From NCBI GenBank assembly GCA_012026785.1, contig VEOW01000115.1, positions 3,495 through 67,494 of the forward strand: DNA of 64,000 nucleotides, written 5' to 3'. Of this stretch, positions 1 to 9,495 are shown one piece after another. Numbering within the stretch: position 1 is the stretch's first letter; each line of letters starts with the position of its first letter. The stretch comes from Chloroflexota bacterium (GTDB lineage Bacteria > Chloroflexota > Limnocylindria > Limnocylindrales > CSP1-4). Both the position numbers and the translations under genes were made by a program. The notes beneath the pieces were generated by a model that did not search any database, was not told where the DNA came from, and was given only the letters and a program-made list of their open reading frames with translations.

Positions 1-849
1 CTCGAGAGTTGCGAGGTAGCGTCCGATCTTGTTGTGCTCGACGTGCGAGCGGCCCGCGATCGTCGGGTAGTCGGCAGGGCCGGCCGCCAGGGCGGCAAGC
101 AGGCTGAAGTATGTGGCCGGCGATTCGAGTTCCTGAGCGAGGACTGCGCGTCCCTCGTTGAACAGGCCTGCCAGGGGATCGAGTGTCGTCGCCGCCAGAC
201 TTGCCGCGGGGTCGGCCGAGCCCGCCATGACCGCCAGATACTTCGGCATCCCGCCCGCGAGCCCGAATGCCACGAGCTGGTTCTCGGGCGTCATGCCCTC
301 GAGGAGTTCCTGCGCGCGCCAGAAATCGAGTGGGCGGATCCGGAGCGGCTGAAGGCGGTCGTGCAGGGGCTGCCGTTCTGCCAGGAGCTCCTCCATGATT
401 CCAACGTGGCTGCCGGTCAGGATGAGCTTGAGCCGCGAGTTCGGCGACTCCTCCTCCATGATCTTGAGGAGCGTGGACGGCAGTGCCCGGTCGACGCGGA
501 GGAGATTCGGGAGTTCATCGATAACGGCGAGTCGCGGCTCGGTGTGAGCGCGGCGATAGAGGGTTCGAAAGAGCGTCTCCAGATCGGGAAGGTCCGGTCG
601 CTCGCCGTCCCGCTCGAGCGTGGCGGCGAACCCCGCGAGCTGGTCGGGCAGGGCGCGAGTGGTCCCGATCAGAACGTCCGCCTCGCGTCCGTGGGCGAAG
701 GCCTTGAAGAGCCACGATTTTCCGACCCGACGGCGGCCGTGTAGGACGAGCGCTCGTGGCTCACCGACCCGGTCGAACCAGCCCTTGATGGCATCGAGCT
801 CGGCGACTCGATCGCGAAATCGGTCGATGGCCTCGAACACATAGGGCAT
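1..849 (-). CDS. Archaeal-type AAA+ ATPase (COG1672/DUF234-like), 3' end outside the window
   Basis: Not in the ORF track; translated by hand: MPYVFEAIDRFRDRVAEL..., Walker A GRRRVGKS, Walker B LAVIDE, LILTGS, GGMPKYL. SD GGAG precedes the ATG at 849. Confidence 0.85.
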   Translation of the reverse strand, partial: MPYVFEAIDRFRDRVAELDAIKGWFDRVGEPRALVLHGRRRVGKSWLFKAFAHGREADVLIGTTRALPDQLAGFAATLERDGERPDLPDLETLFRTLYRRAHTEPRLAVIDELPNLLRVDRALPSTLLKIMEEESPNSRLKLILTGSHVGIMEELLAERQPLHDRLQPLRIRPLDFWRAQELLEGMTPENQLVAFGLAGGMPKYLAVMAGSADPAASLAATTLDPLAGLFNEGRAVLAQELESPATYFSLLAALAAGPADYPTIAGRSHVEHNKIGRYLATLE

Positions 850-1079
850 CTGTTTACTCCAGCGTAACTTACGACAGCGTAAGCAAAGCCTGCCTGGTTG
901 GTCAAGTCGCTGGCGCGGCTTCCACGGTCCTCCCGATCGCGAGAGAAGCGAGACACCGACAGTCTCGACGTGGCGGCCACGTCCACGTCCGTCAGCGGTG
1001 GCCTCTTGCAGCAACGACCGCAACGGCGGGTATAGTCAATCGCCTCGCGAGCGGCGACGAGCGCGAGACCGATTCGGGC

Positions 1080-1154
1080 GGGCCCGTAGCTCAGCGGCAG
1101 AGCAGGGGACTTTTAATCCTCGTGTCCTGGGTTCGAATCCCAGCGGGCCCTCCA
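1080..1154 (+). tRNA. tRNA-Lys (anticodon TTT)
   Basis: Acceptor GGGCCCG/CGGGCCC, anticodon loop CTTTTAA, T-loop TTCGAAT, encoded CCA. TATAGT -10 at 1031-1036. Confidence 0.97.
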
Positions 1155-1189
1155 TGACCACCGGCCGCCGTCGTAGAGGGAGAGACGCA

Positions 1190-1489
1190 ATGGCTGAGGT
1201 CGTCTCGATCGTCACTGGCACGGTCTCCAGCGACGGCCTTCAGCAGGTCGCCGACGCCTACCGGTCCGGGCTGTCCGAGGGCCCGCCTCCCGAGATCGAG
1301 GAGACGTTCCTACTCGAGGCGGACGGTGGTCGCGTCGCGATCCTGTCGGTGTGGCATCGACGCTCCGGCCTGGAAGCCATGATTGCCTCCGGTGAAGAGC
1401 CCTTCGCCAGACGCGTGATCCGAGAGGCTGGCGGCAGTCCGGAGGTGACGGTCTATCGGATCGTCCAGCGTGCCGGGTCCGACGACTGA
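1190..1489 (+). CDS. Small hypothetical protein, possibly dimeric alpha/beta barrel (ABM-like)
   Basis: 99 aa from ATG 1190 after GAGGGAG; beta-alpha-beta pattern with ILSVW...LEAM. Confidence 0.6.
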   Translation: MAEVVSIVTGTVSSDGLQQVADAYRSGLSEGPPPEIEETFLLEADGGRVAILSVWHRRSGLEAMIASGEEPFARRVIREAGGSPEVTVYRIVQRAGSDD

Positions 1490-1528
1490 CTCGGAGACTG
1501 ACACGGGCTCGAACACAAGGATTCCAGA

Positions 1529-2227
1529 TCAGGCGCGGCGCCAGACGACGCAGCACATCCCGGGCTGGCGGGCGAGCTCGGCGCGGATGCCGGTGGCGCC
1601 CAGCCCCGCGATGACCCCATCCATCAGCGACAGGTTCATCCCACAGACGAGGGTCCGATGCGCCTGCGCGAGGGCGTCGAACGGGCAGTTGCGGAGGACG
1701 ACCAGGTCGCCGCTGCCCGCCGCAGGCTCGAACCCAGCCTCCGCCAGCACGGAGATCGCGGCCTCCACGAGGGCCCCCCGTCCACGCGAACGCCCGGCCC
1801 GACGTCGCGCCTCCTGCCCGAGCGCCCGGCCGTAGGATCGGGCGGCCTCGTCGAGCGCCGCCTGGGTGGAGGCGTCCGAGGCCACGCCCCTCGACAACGC
1901 GGCGGCGAACAGCCGCGCCGCCAGCTCGTAGCGGCGGGCCGGCAGCGAGACGCTGACCTCGCGGTCGGAGCGGGCGTACAGCTTCGACGGGCGACCGGCG
2001 CCTGGACCGGTTCGGCCGGTCAGGCGGCGGTACGACACGTCCAGCAGGCCGGCATCGCCGAGCCGGTCGAGGTGAAACGCCGCCAGCGCTCGGCTGATCC
2101 CCAGGGCGGTGGCGGCCGCGTCGCGGCCGACGGGCTCGCGGCTCGACGCGACGTGCTCGTAGAGCCGGCGACGTACCGGCTCGGCGAGAACGGCGACGTC
2201 GGCGACGGCGTCGCGGGGCATGTCCAT
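1529..2227 (-). CDS. ArsR-like HTH regulator (COG2345 type) with Cys-rich C-terminus
   Basis: LAEPVRRRLY, HTH LAAFHLDRL, GAGRPSKLY, NCPF...CGMN...CC. Confidence 0.88.
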   Translation of the reverse strand: MDMPRDAVADVAVLAEPVRRRLYEHVASSREPVGRDAAATALGISRALAAFHLDRLGDAGLLDVSYRRLTGRTGPGAGRPSKLYARSDREVSVSLPARRYELAARLFAAALSRGVASDASTQAALDEAARSYGRALGQEARRRAGRSRGRGALVEAAISVLAEAGFEPAAGSGDLVVLRNCPFDALAQAHRTLVCGMNLSLMDGVIAGLGATGIRAELARQPGMCCVVWRRA

Positions 2228-2292
2228 GTCTCGACTCTACGGCTGAGCTGCATCTAACGCAAGTGGTCTTTAGCGGAACCCTCGCCGGGTGG

Positions 2293-2321
2293 TTGACACT
2301 AATAATAGGACACGCTAGTTT
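2293..2321 (+). promoter_or_regulatory. Sigma70-type promoter of the folE cluster
   Basis: TTGACA (2293-2298), 17 nt, TAGTTT (2316-2321) in an AT-rich intergenic region. Confidence 0.65.
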
Positions 2322-2357
2322 TAGAAGCACCAACAAACCAACCAGTCGAGGCGACCG

Positions 2358-3050
2358 ATGACTCCAGCTCCCCACCTCTCGCTGGCCCCAGACCTCGTCG
2401 AGGCCGAGCCGGTCCCGACCCCCGCCACCGCGCCCACCGGCCGGCGCATCGAGCCCGCGGACTGGCGGCGCTACGAGAGCTACCTCGGCGAGATCCTCGA
2501 GGCCCTTGGCCTTGACCTCTCGAGCGCGGCCACCGTGGCCACGCCGCGCCGGTTCCTGCAGGCCCTGTACGACGCGACCGACGGGTACGACGGCGATCCC
2601 AAGCTCCTGACGGCCTTCCCGACCGAGTGCCACGGCGACGCCAACTGCGAGCTGGCCCAGGTCATCGAGGGTCCCATCCGGTTCCACGCGCTGTGCGAGC
2701 ACCACGCGCTGCCGTTCAGCGGCGAGGCCTACGTCGGCTACGTCGCCCACGAGGGCATCATCGGCATCAGCAAGCTGACCCGCCTCGTCCGGGTCCTTAC
2801 CCGCCGCTTCGGCGTCCAGGAGCGGATGACCCACCAGATCGCCGACGAGCTCGATCGGCTCGTGGCGCCGCACGGGGTCGCGGTCTATCTGGAGGCGCAC
2901 CACCTGTGCACGCAGATGCGCGGCGTGCGTGAGAACGATGCCCTGACACGAACGACGGCCTACCGCGGCGTCTACGCCGAGAACGCCGCCCTTCGACGCG
3001 AGTTCTTCGAAGCCAGCGGCCTCGGGATGGTTCGAGGGGGTCGACGATGA
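2358..3050 (+). CDS. folE: GTP cyclohydrolase I
   Basis: TPRR, LCEHHALPF, GISKLTRLV, VQERMT, HLCTQMRG. Confidence 0.93.
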   Translation: MTPAPHLSLAPDLVEAEPVPTPATAPTGRRIEPADWRRYESYLGEILEALGLDLSSAATVATPRRFLQALYDATDGYDGDPKLLTAFPTECHGDANCELAQVIEGPIRFHALCEHHALPFSGEAYVGYVAHEGIIGISKLTRLVRVLTRRFGVQERMTHQIADELDRLVAPHGVAVYLEAHHLCTQMRGVRENDALTRTTAYRGVYAENAALRREFFEASGLGMVRGGRR

Positions 3051-3955
3051 CGGTCACGCTCGCGCCCGAGACGCTCCAGCGCCTCGAGCTGCTGTGGGAG
3101 GCGCTCCCGGCCGACCGTGCCGAGATCCGGGGTGGCGGCCTGCCGCCCGAGCTGGCTCGGCGGTACGGCGGCCCGCTCCTCGTCGGCCTGCGCCCGGATC
3201 GTCCGACGGTTATCGCCAACCTCGTGTCGACGATCGACGGCATCGTCGCGCTCGGTCCGGGGGAGCTGAGCGGCGGTCGCGTCGTCAGCGGGTCCCACGA
3301 GCCCGATCGGTTCGTCATGGCCCTGCTCCGGGCGCTTGCTGACGTCGTGCTGGTTGGCGCAGGCACGCTCCGTCAATCGTCCAGCCAGCGCTGGACCGCC
3401 GAGCACCTGCAGCCGAAGCTCGCGCCGGCGTTCGAGGACTGGCGCCGCGCGATGGGGTTGGCGCCCCGACCCATGACCGTGATCGTGACCACCAGCGGGG
3501 ACATCCCGGTCGAGCACCCAGGCTTGACCAGCCCCGACATCCGGGTCGTCGTGGCCACGTCGCTCGATGGCGCGCGGAGGCTCGCCCACCGGGGCCTGAC
3601 GGACAACATCTCGCTCGAGGTCCTCGGAGGCGCAGGCGCCCTCGACGGAGCCAGCTCGCTCGATGCTGCCGCGATCGTCGAACTGGTCGGGCGGCTGGGC
3701 GCGCGGGTCGCCCTGGCCGAGGGTGGGCCGCACGCGCTCGGCGAGCTCGTTGGAGCCGATCTCGTGGACGAGCTGTTCCTGACCGTCTCGCCGCAGCTCG
3801 TCGGCCGAGCCGATCCCGCCCGCCTCGGCCTCGTCGAGGGCGTGGCCGTTCCGCCGGGCTCGCGCTGGCAGGAGCTGGCGAGCGTCCGACGCTCCACCGA
3901 CCACCTGTTCCTGCGATATCGCCGCGCTTCGATTGCGGCAGCCACGGAGGCCTGA
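3047..3955 (+). CDS. RibD C-terminal domain / DHFR-family reductase
   Basis: NLVSTIDG, LRALADVVLVGAGTLR, EGGP, LVDELFLTVSP; ATGA overlap with folE. Confidence 0.88.
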   Translation: MTVTLAPETLQRLELLWEALPADRAEIRGGGLPPELARRYGGPLLVGLRPDRPTVIANLVSTIDGIVALGPGELSGGRVVSGSHEPDRFVMALLRALADVVLVGAGTLRQSSSQRWTAEHLQPKLAPAFEDWRRAMGLAPRPMTVIVTTSGDIPVEHPGLTSPDIRVVVATSLDGARRLAHRGLTDNISLEVLGGAGALDGASSLDAAAIVELVGRLGARVALAEGGPHALGELVGADLVDELFLTVSPQLVGRADPARLGLVEGVAVPPGSRWQELASVRRSTDHLFLRYRRASIAAATEA

Positions 3956-3956
3956 C

Positions 3957-5177
3957 ATGCCACAGCAGACCCACGTCATCGTCGGCGCCAGCCTCGCCGG
4001 AGCCAGTGCCGCCGCGGCCCTGCGCAAGCGCGGCTTCGACGGCCGGATCGTTCTGATCGGCGATGAGCCCCATCTCCCGTACGAGCGCCCGGAGCTGTCG
4101 AAGAAGTACCTCCGCGGCGAGGTCGAAACCCCGGTCATCGTGCACGACGAGGCGTTCTACGCGGACTCGGCCATCGAGCTCCTGCGGGGCCGCCGGGTCA
4201 CCGGCCTCGATCTCGATGCCCGCCGGGTGATCATCGATGCCGAGACGATCCGGTTCGACCGGCTGCTGGTCGGGACCGGCGCCTCGCCCCGGCCGCTGGG
4301 CGTGCCCGGCGAGGACCTCCCGGGCGTGCACCGGCTGCGGACCCTGGAGGACGCGGATGCGATTCGCGAGGCGGCCGCTCGCGCGAGCGGCGCCGTCGTC
4401 GTCGGTGGCGGCTGGATCGGCTCGGAGGTGGCTGCCTCGCTGCGCCAGCTCGGCCTCGATGTGGCCGTCGTATCGCTCACCCCAACGCCGCTGGAGCACG
4501 TCCTGGGCGCCGAGATCGGCGCGATCTACCGGGAGACGCACGAGGGGCACGGCGTGCGATTCGTCACGGGTTCGCGCGTTCGGAGAATCCTGGGCACGGA
4601 TCGAGCGACCGGGGTCGAGACGGATGACGGCCGGCGAATCGAGGCCGACCTCGTGATCGTCGGTGTGGGCGCGGATCCGCGGACCGACCTGGCCGTCGCT
4701 GCGGGCCTCGAGGTTCGGAACGGCATCGTCGTCGGCGCCAACCTCGAGACAGGCGCTCCCGGCGTGTTCGCGGCCGGTGACGTGGCGAACGCCTGGCACC
4801 CGTTCTACCGGCGCCACCTCCGGGTCGAGCACTGGGACAACGCCAAGCGCCAGGGCCGGGCGGCCGCGGCGAGCATGCTCGGCGAGCCGACGAGCTACGA
4901 TCGGATCCCGTACTTCTACTCCGACCAGTACGAGCTCGGGATGGAGTACACAGGGCACGCCCTCCACTGGGACGAGGTCGTCATCCGGGGCGACCGCGAG
5001 GCGCGCGAGCTCATCGCCTTCTGGCTCTCCGGTGGGCGCGTCGTGGCCGGCATGAACATGAACGTCTGGGACGTCGCGCCGGCGATCGAGCGGCTCGTCC
5101 GGTCTCGGTCGGCCATCGATCGCGACCGCCTGGCCGACCCGGACGCTCCGCTCGAGGCGCTCGCTCCCGCCGCGTGA
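3957..5177 (+). CDS. FAD/NAD(P)-dependent oxidoreductase, ferredoxin-reductase type
   Basis: IVGASLAG, PYERPELSK, VGGGWIGSE, AAGDVA, RVEHW, PYFYSDQY. Confidence 0.9.
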   Translation: MPQQTHVIVGASLAGASAAAALRKRGFDGRIVLIGDEPHLPYERPELSKKYLRGEVETPVIVHDEAFYADSAIELLRGRRVTGLDLDARRVIIDAETIRFDRLLVGTGASPRPLGVPGEDLPGVHRLRTLEDADAIREAAARASGAVVVGGGWIGSEVAASLRQLGLDVAVVSLTPTPLEHVLGAEIGAIYRETHEGHGVRFVTGSRVRRILGTDRATGVETDDGRRIEADLVIVGVGADPRTDLAVAAGLEVRNGIVVGANLETGAPGVFAAGDVANAWHPFYRRHLRVEHWDNAKRQGRAAAASMLGEPTSYDRIPYFYSDQYELGMEYTGHALHWDEVVIRGDREARELIAFWLSGGRVVAGMNMNVWDVAPAIERLVRSRSAIDRDRLADPDAPLEALAPAA

Positions 5178-5238
5178 CCGGAGGCGGGGCCCGAAAAGGT
5201 TGCGCGGCCGGCGCGCGATGTCGTATCGTCCGGCCCTC

Positions 5239-5316
5239 ATGCACGAGCCAACCGCCCACCACGAGGCGAAGAAGCTCTGGCGGCCCTGCCGGGAGGCACG
5301 GGCGCCAGGGCTCTGA
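5239..5316 (+). CDS. Putative 25-aa leader peptide with tandem Lys codons (MHEPTAHHEAKKLWRPCREARAPGL)
   Basis: ATG 5239 to TGA 5316; AAG AAG at 5269-5274; follows TTGCGC-18-TATCGT and precedes a terminator and dapB. Confidence 0.55.
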   Translation: MHEPTAHHEAKKLWRPCREARAPGL

Positions 5317-5372
5317 CGGCGCGTCGCACGAGCGACGAACCACCAGGAGCCACCCGGCGCGGAGGCTCCAGG

Positions 5373-5412
5373 GGCCGCGGACACCACCACCGGTGACCGC
5401 GGTCTTTTGTTT
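5373..5412 (+). terminator. Intrinsic terminator/attenuator in the dap leader
   Basis: Stem GGCCGCGG-ACACC / GGTG-ACCGCGGTC followed by TTTTGTTT. Confidence 0.75.
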
Positions 5413-5455
5413 GCAGTCGGAGCCTCCGGAACGGAACAGCGGAGGAACCGACGCC

Positions 5456-6262
5456 ATGACGACCTTCATCTTCGGAGACGGCCACCTCGGCCGGGCGATC
5501 GCCGCGGCCATCGCGGAACGCGGCGAGGCCGAGCCGATCGTCGTCGGGCGGCCGCCGGACGGCGAGCATCGGGCAACCCGGTTCGTCGGTGCCGACCTCG
5601 TCTTCGACGCCTCGGTTCCCGGCGCCGTCGCCGGGAACGTCGCGGCGGCGCTCGCGGCCGGCTGTCGACGGTTCGTCATCGCCGCGACCGGCTGGGAGGA
5701 TGCTCGAGACGCGGTCGACGAGGCGCTCCGCGCGCATGACGCGGCGGCGGGCGCGGCGCCGAACTACAGTCTCGGGGTCGCCGCACTGCTCCGGCTGACC
5801 GACCTCGCCGGGCAGCTGTTCGCCGCCCTCGACGGCTTCGACCCGTACGTCCTCGAATGGCACCGCCGCGGCAAGGCGGACCGGCCGTCCGGCACGGCCC
5901 GGGAGCTGGCCCGCCGTCTGCTGGCCGTCGATCCTCGAAAGCACACCATCGCCCCGACCGGCTCGTCAGCCCCGGCGCCCGACGAGCGCGAGGTGGCCAG
6001 CGTCCGGGCCGGCGCTTCGCCGGGCATGCACGTCGTGGGCTTCGATGCGGCGGGCGAGACGGTCGAGCTGCGCCTGACGGCGCGCGATCGCTCCGCCTAC
6101 GCGGCCGGGGCGCTCGTGGCGGCCGACTGGCTTCGGGCCGCGCCGCGTTCGCCGGGCATCCACTCGTTCGACGAGGTCGTCGAAGAGCGCATCGGTGTGG
6201 CCGCCAACGGGCCCGGCCCAGCGCTCGAGAAGCCTCGGGCGGTGACCGGCTCCACCGGCTGA
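5456..6262 (+). CDS. dapB: 4-hydroxy-tetrahydrodipicolinate reductase
   Basis: GDGHLG, PNYSLG, EWHRRGKADRPSGTA, SVRAG, RSAYAAGA; SD GGAGG at 5441. Confidence 0.9.
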   Translation: MTTFIFGDGHLGRAIAAAIAERGEAEPIVVGRPPDGEHRATRFVGADLVFDASVPGAVAGNVAAALAAGCRRFVIAATGWEDARDAVDEALRAHDAAAGAAPNYSLGVAALLRLTDLAGQLFAALDGFDPYVLEWHRRGKADRPSGTARELARRLLAVDPRKHTIAPTGSSAPAPDEREVASVRAGASPGMHVVGFDAAGETVELRLTARDRSAYAAGALVAADWLRAAPRSPGIHSFDEVVEERIGVAANGPGPALEKPRAVTGSTG

Positions 6263-6314
6263 CCGCCTCGCCGCCGTTCGACGCACCGCCAACGAAGCTC
6301 GAAGGAGACCCGAC

Positions 6315-7313
6315 ATGCCCCGCCTCGAACGTCACGCTCGAACCACCCGTCCGGTCCTGCGGGGCGCCCTGACCGCCATGGTCACGCCCTTCACCGCCGA
6401 CGGCGCCCTCGACGAGCCGACCCTGCGCGAGCTCGTCCTGCTCCAGGTCCTGGCCGGGATCGCCGGCCTCGTCCCGTGCGGCACGACCGGCGAGGCGCCG
6501 ACGCTGTCGGTCGCCGAGCGGGAGCGCGTCATCGCGCTGACCGTCGAGACCCTTGCGACGCGACCGTCGCAGCGACGGGTGCCGGTCGTCGCCGGAACGG
6601 GGACCAACGACACCGCCGCGACGATCGCGGCGACGCGCCGCGCCGCCGAACTCGGCGCCGACGCGGCCCTCGTCGTTGCGCCCTACTACAACCGGCCCGA
6701 CGGCCGGATGCTGGAGGCCCACTTCCGGGCGGTGGCCGACGAGGGCGACCTGCCGATCGTCGTCTACAACGTGCCATCGCGGACCGGGACGAACGTTCCG
6801 GCCGACGTCTTCCTGCGGCTGGCCGAGCATCCCCGCGTCATCGCCGTCAAGGAGGCGTCCGGCAACCTGGAGCAGATCGCGGTCATCTGCCGCGATCGGC
6901 CCCGTGACGTGGCCGTCCTGGCCGGTGACGATGCCTGGACCCTCGCGGTGCTCGCGATGGGTGGCGATGGCGTGGTCTCGGTGGCGAGCAACGAGATCCC
7001 GGGTGACATGGTCGGGCTGTGCGCGGCCGCGCTCGCCGGCGACTGGGACGCGGCCCGGCGGATTCACCGTCGCTGGCTGCCGCTGTTCCTCGCCAACTTC
7101 CGCGGCGGCCCGAATCCCGTCCCGGTCAAGGCCGCCCTCGCCGCGATGGGCGTGCTCAGGTCCGATGGCGTTCGGCGGCCGCTGCTCGGCCTCGCCGACG
7201 GCGATCGCGAGTCGCTGATGGCGCTGATGCGCGGGCTCGGCCTCCTGGAGGCGGGGGGCCGGATCGCGACGCGGCAGACGGCGGGCAGGGCGGCCACGGA
7301 GCTCGTCTCGTGA
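6315..7313 (+). CDS. dapA: 4-hydroxy-tetrahydrodipicolinate synthase
   Basis: GTTGE, PYYNRP, YNVPSRTG, Schiff-base KEASG, NPVPVKAA. Confidence 0.95.
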   Translation: MPRLERHARTTRPVLRGALTAMVTPFTADGALDEPTLRELVLLQVLAGIAGLVPCGTTGEAPTLSVAERERVIALTVETLATRPSQRRVPVVAGTGTNDTAATIAATRRAAELGADAALVVAPYYNRPDGRMLEAHFRAVADEGDLPIVVYNVPSRTGTNVPADVFLRLAEHPRVIAVKEASGNLEQIAVICRDRPRDVAVLAGDDAWTLAVLAMGGDGVVSVASNEIPGDMVGLCAAALAGDWDAARRIHRRWLPLFLANFRGGPNPVPVKAALAAMGVLRSDGVRRPLLGLADGDRESLMALMRGLGLLEAGGRIATRQTAGRAATELVS

Positions 7314-8101
7314 CCGACATCCTGGCCGACCTCGACGCAGGCCGGCGCCGAGCGGCCTCACCGGATCGGGCGGCCACCGCCGGCTGGCGGGTCGACGCGA
7401 GCGTCAAGGCGGAGATCCTCGAGCTGTTCGACCGTGGTGGCGATCGGACCTTCGAGGTCGGCCCGCTGGCGTTCGCCGATCGCGCCTCACTGCCGCTCAA
7501 GCGCCTCCATGACGGCGTCGACGCCAGGGCCGCCCGGGATGCCGGGCGGCCCTGGCGGATCGTGCCCGGCGGGACGAGCCTCCGGGCCGGCGCGCATCTC
7601 GAGCCCGGCGGCGTCGTCATGCCGCCGTCGTTCGTGAACGTCGGCGCCTGGATCGGCGCCGGCACGATGATCGATTCCCACGTCCTGGTCGGCTCCTGCG
7701 CCCAGATCGGGGCGCGCGTCCACCTCGCCGCGGGCGTCGTGATCGGCGGCGTGCTCGAGCCGCCGGGGGCACGGCCGGTCATCGTCGAGGACGACGTCTT
7801 CGTCGGTGGCGGCTGCGGGCTGTACGAGGGCGTGCTGGTCGGACGGGGCGCCGTCCTCGCGGCCGGCGTGACCCTGACCGGGACGTCACGGCTGTTCGAC
7901 CTCGTCCGCGAGCGGGTCATCGAGGGGACAGCCGACGCGCCGCTGGTCGTGCCCGAGCGGGCCGTCGTCGTGCCCGGCACCCGCGCCGTCGACGGGAGCT
8001 TCGGCCGCGAGCACGGCCTCGGGGTCGCGACGGCCCTGATCGTCAAGGACCGCGACGCGGGCACCGATGCGCGGGTCGCGCTCGAGGCGGCGCTCCGGTG
8101 A
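7310..8101 (+). CDS. dapD: Tetrahydrodipicolinate N-succinyltransferase
   Basis: RIVPGG, MPPSFVNVGA, VGSCAQIG, GGVLEP; GTG start overlaps the dapA stop. Confidence 0.92.
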   Translation: MTDILADLDAGRRRAASPDRAATAGWRVDASVKAEILELFDRGGDRTFEVGPLAFADRASLPLKRLHDGVDARAARDAGRPWRIVPGGTSLRAGAHLEPGGVVMPPSFVNVGAWIGAGTMIDSHVLVGSCAQIGARVHLAAGVVIGGVLEPPGARPVIVEDDVFVGGGCGLYEGVLVGRGAVLAAGVTLTGTSRLFDLVRERVIEGTADAPLVVPERAVVVPGTRAVDGSFGREHGLGVATALIVKDRDAGTDARVALEAALR

Positions 8102-9456
8102 GCGCCCTCCGTGCATCCGCGCCGGCAACCCGCGGCCGGCCGGCCGCCACCGACGCGCCGCGCCGGGGCCGTCCGCCGGCCCGCAACGAGATCCTGCGCG
8201 CAGGTCGCCTCGGCGGCCTGGAGCCGGAGAACCTGGCACGGCGTTTCGGGACGCCGCTGTACGCCTACGACCTCGGCGTCGTCGATCGGCAGGTCGCCGC
8301 GCTGCGGGCCGTCCTGCCGCCCGGCTTCGAGCTGGCCTACGCGGTCAAGGCCAACCCGGCGCTGGCGGTCGTGCGCCACCTCGCGCGCCGCGGCCTGGGT
8401 GCGGATGTCGCGTCGGGCGGGGAGATTGAGGCGGCGCTCCGCGCCGGGGTGTCGCCGGCGACGATCGTGATGACCGGGCCCGGCAAGCGCGATGACGAGC
8501 TGGTGCTCGCGGTCCGGACCGGGCTCCGGGCGATCACCGTCGAATCGCTCGGCGAGCTGGAACGGCTCGAGCGAGTCGCGGCCCGGGAGGGGCGGGTCGT
8601 GCCGATCCTGCTTCGAGCCGCCGTGTCGCCCGAGGTCGCGCTGGAGCGGGTCCGGCTCGTCGGCGACGACGGGGCCGGGAAGTTCGGCATGGCCGACGAC
8701 GATCTCCGGCTCGCTGCGCGGCGGGCCGCCCGGTCGGCCCACCTCGAGCCCCTTGGGATCCACGCCTTCGGTGCCTCGAACGTCGTCGACGCGGAGGCCC
8801 TGGCCCGCCATGTCGAGCGAACGGTCGAGCGGGCACGAGCGGTTGCCGCGGAGGCGGGGTTCACGCTTCGGCTCGTCGACGCGGGCGGCGGTCTCGGCAT
8901 TCCGTACGAGCCCGAGGATCGGGAGCTCGACCTCGCCGCGCTCGGCCGCCGGCTGCGCTCGATCAGGAACCGCCTGGAAGGGGATGCGACCACGCGGGAC
9001 GCCCGCGTGCTCCTCGAACCTGGCCGGTTCCTCGTCGGTCCGGCTGGCGCCTACCTGGCCCGGGTCGTCGATCGCAAGTCCGTCGACGGCGCCCACGTCG
9101 TGATCCTCGACGGCGGGATCCACCACCTGCTGCGCCCGGCCCTGGTCGGCCAGGAGCACCGCATCCGGACATTCGGATCGAACGGCGGACCGAGGCCGAA
9201 GGCCTTCCCGGTCACCGTCGCGGGGCCGCTCTGCTCCGGCCTCGACGTGCTCACGTCCCAGGCCGTGATGCCGCCGCCGGCGATCGGCGACTTGGTCGCA
9301 GCCCTCGACGTCGGCGCCTACGGCTTCACCGAATCGATGCCGTTTTTCCTATCGCACCCGACCCCCGCGGAGGTCGTCATCAGCGACGGCGAGGCCAGGC
9401 TGGCCCGGCGACGGATCGAGCCACGCGAATGGCTCGCGATGCAGGAGGTCCCGTGA
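8098..9456 (+). CDS. lysA: Diaminopimelate decarboxylase (fold III PLP decarboxylase)
   Basis: YAVKANP, DVASGGE, KFG, GGGLG, EPGRFLV, GPLC, GAYG; last gene of the dap operon. Confidence 0.82.
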   Translation: MSALRASAPATRGRPAATDAPRRGRPPARNEILRAGRLGGLEPENLARRFGTPLYAYDLGVVDRQVAALRAVLPPGFELAYAVKANPALAVVRHLARRGLGADVASGGEIEAALRAGVSPATIVMTGPGKRDDELVLAVRTGLRAITVESLGELERLERVAAREGRVVPILLRAAVSPEVALERVRLVGDDGAGKFGMADDDLRLAARRAARSAHLEPLGIHAFGASNVVDAEALARHVERTVERARAVAAEAGFTLRLVDAGGGLGIPYEPEDRELDLAALGRRLRSIRNRLEGDATTRDARVLLEPGRFLVGPAGAYLARVVDRKSVDGAHVVILDGGIHHLLRPALVGQEHRIRTFGSNGGPRPKAFPVTVAGPLCSGLDVLTSQAVMPPPAIGDLVAALDVGAYGFTESMPFFLSHPTPAEVVISDGEARLARRRIEPREWLAMQEVP

Positions 9457-9495
9457 CACCCGGAATCGCGGACGGGGAGCGCCTATCGTGACGGC

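Noticed and set aside
34..744. 236-aa plus-strand ORF
   Set aside because: Antisense shadow of the minus-strand ATPase.
1..5177. Integrative element at tRNA-Lys
   Set aside because: No integrase and no repeat of the tRNA 3' end seen in the window.
5180..5455. Lysine (L-box) riboswitch or T-box upstream of dapB
   Set aside because: I could not find the L-box AGUA/GAA loop-E and kissing-loop layout, nor a T-box UGGNACC bulge. An Rfam search would be decisive.
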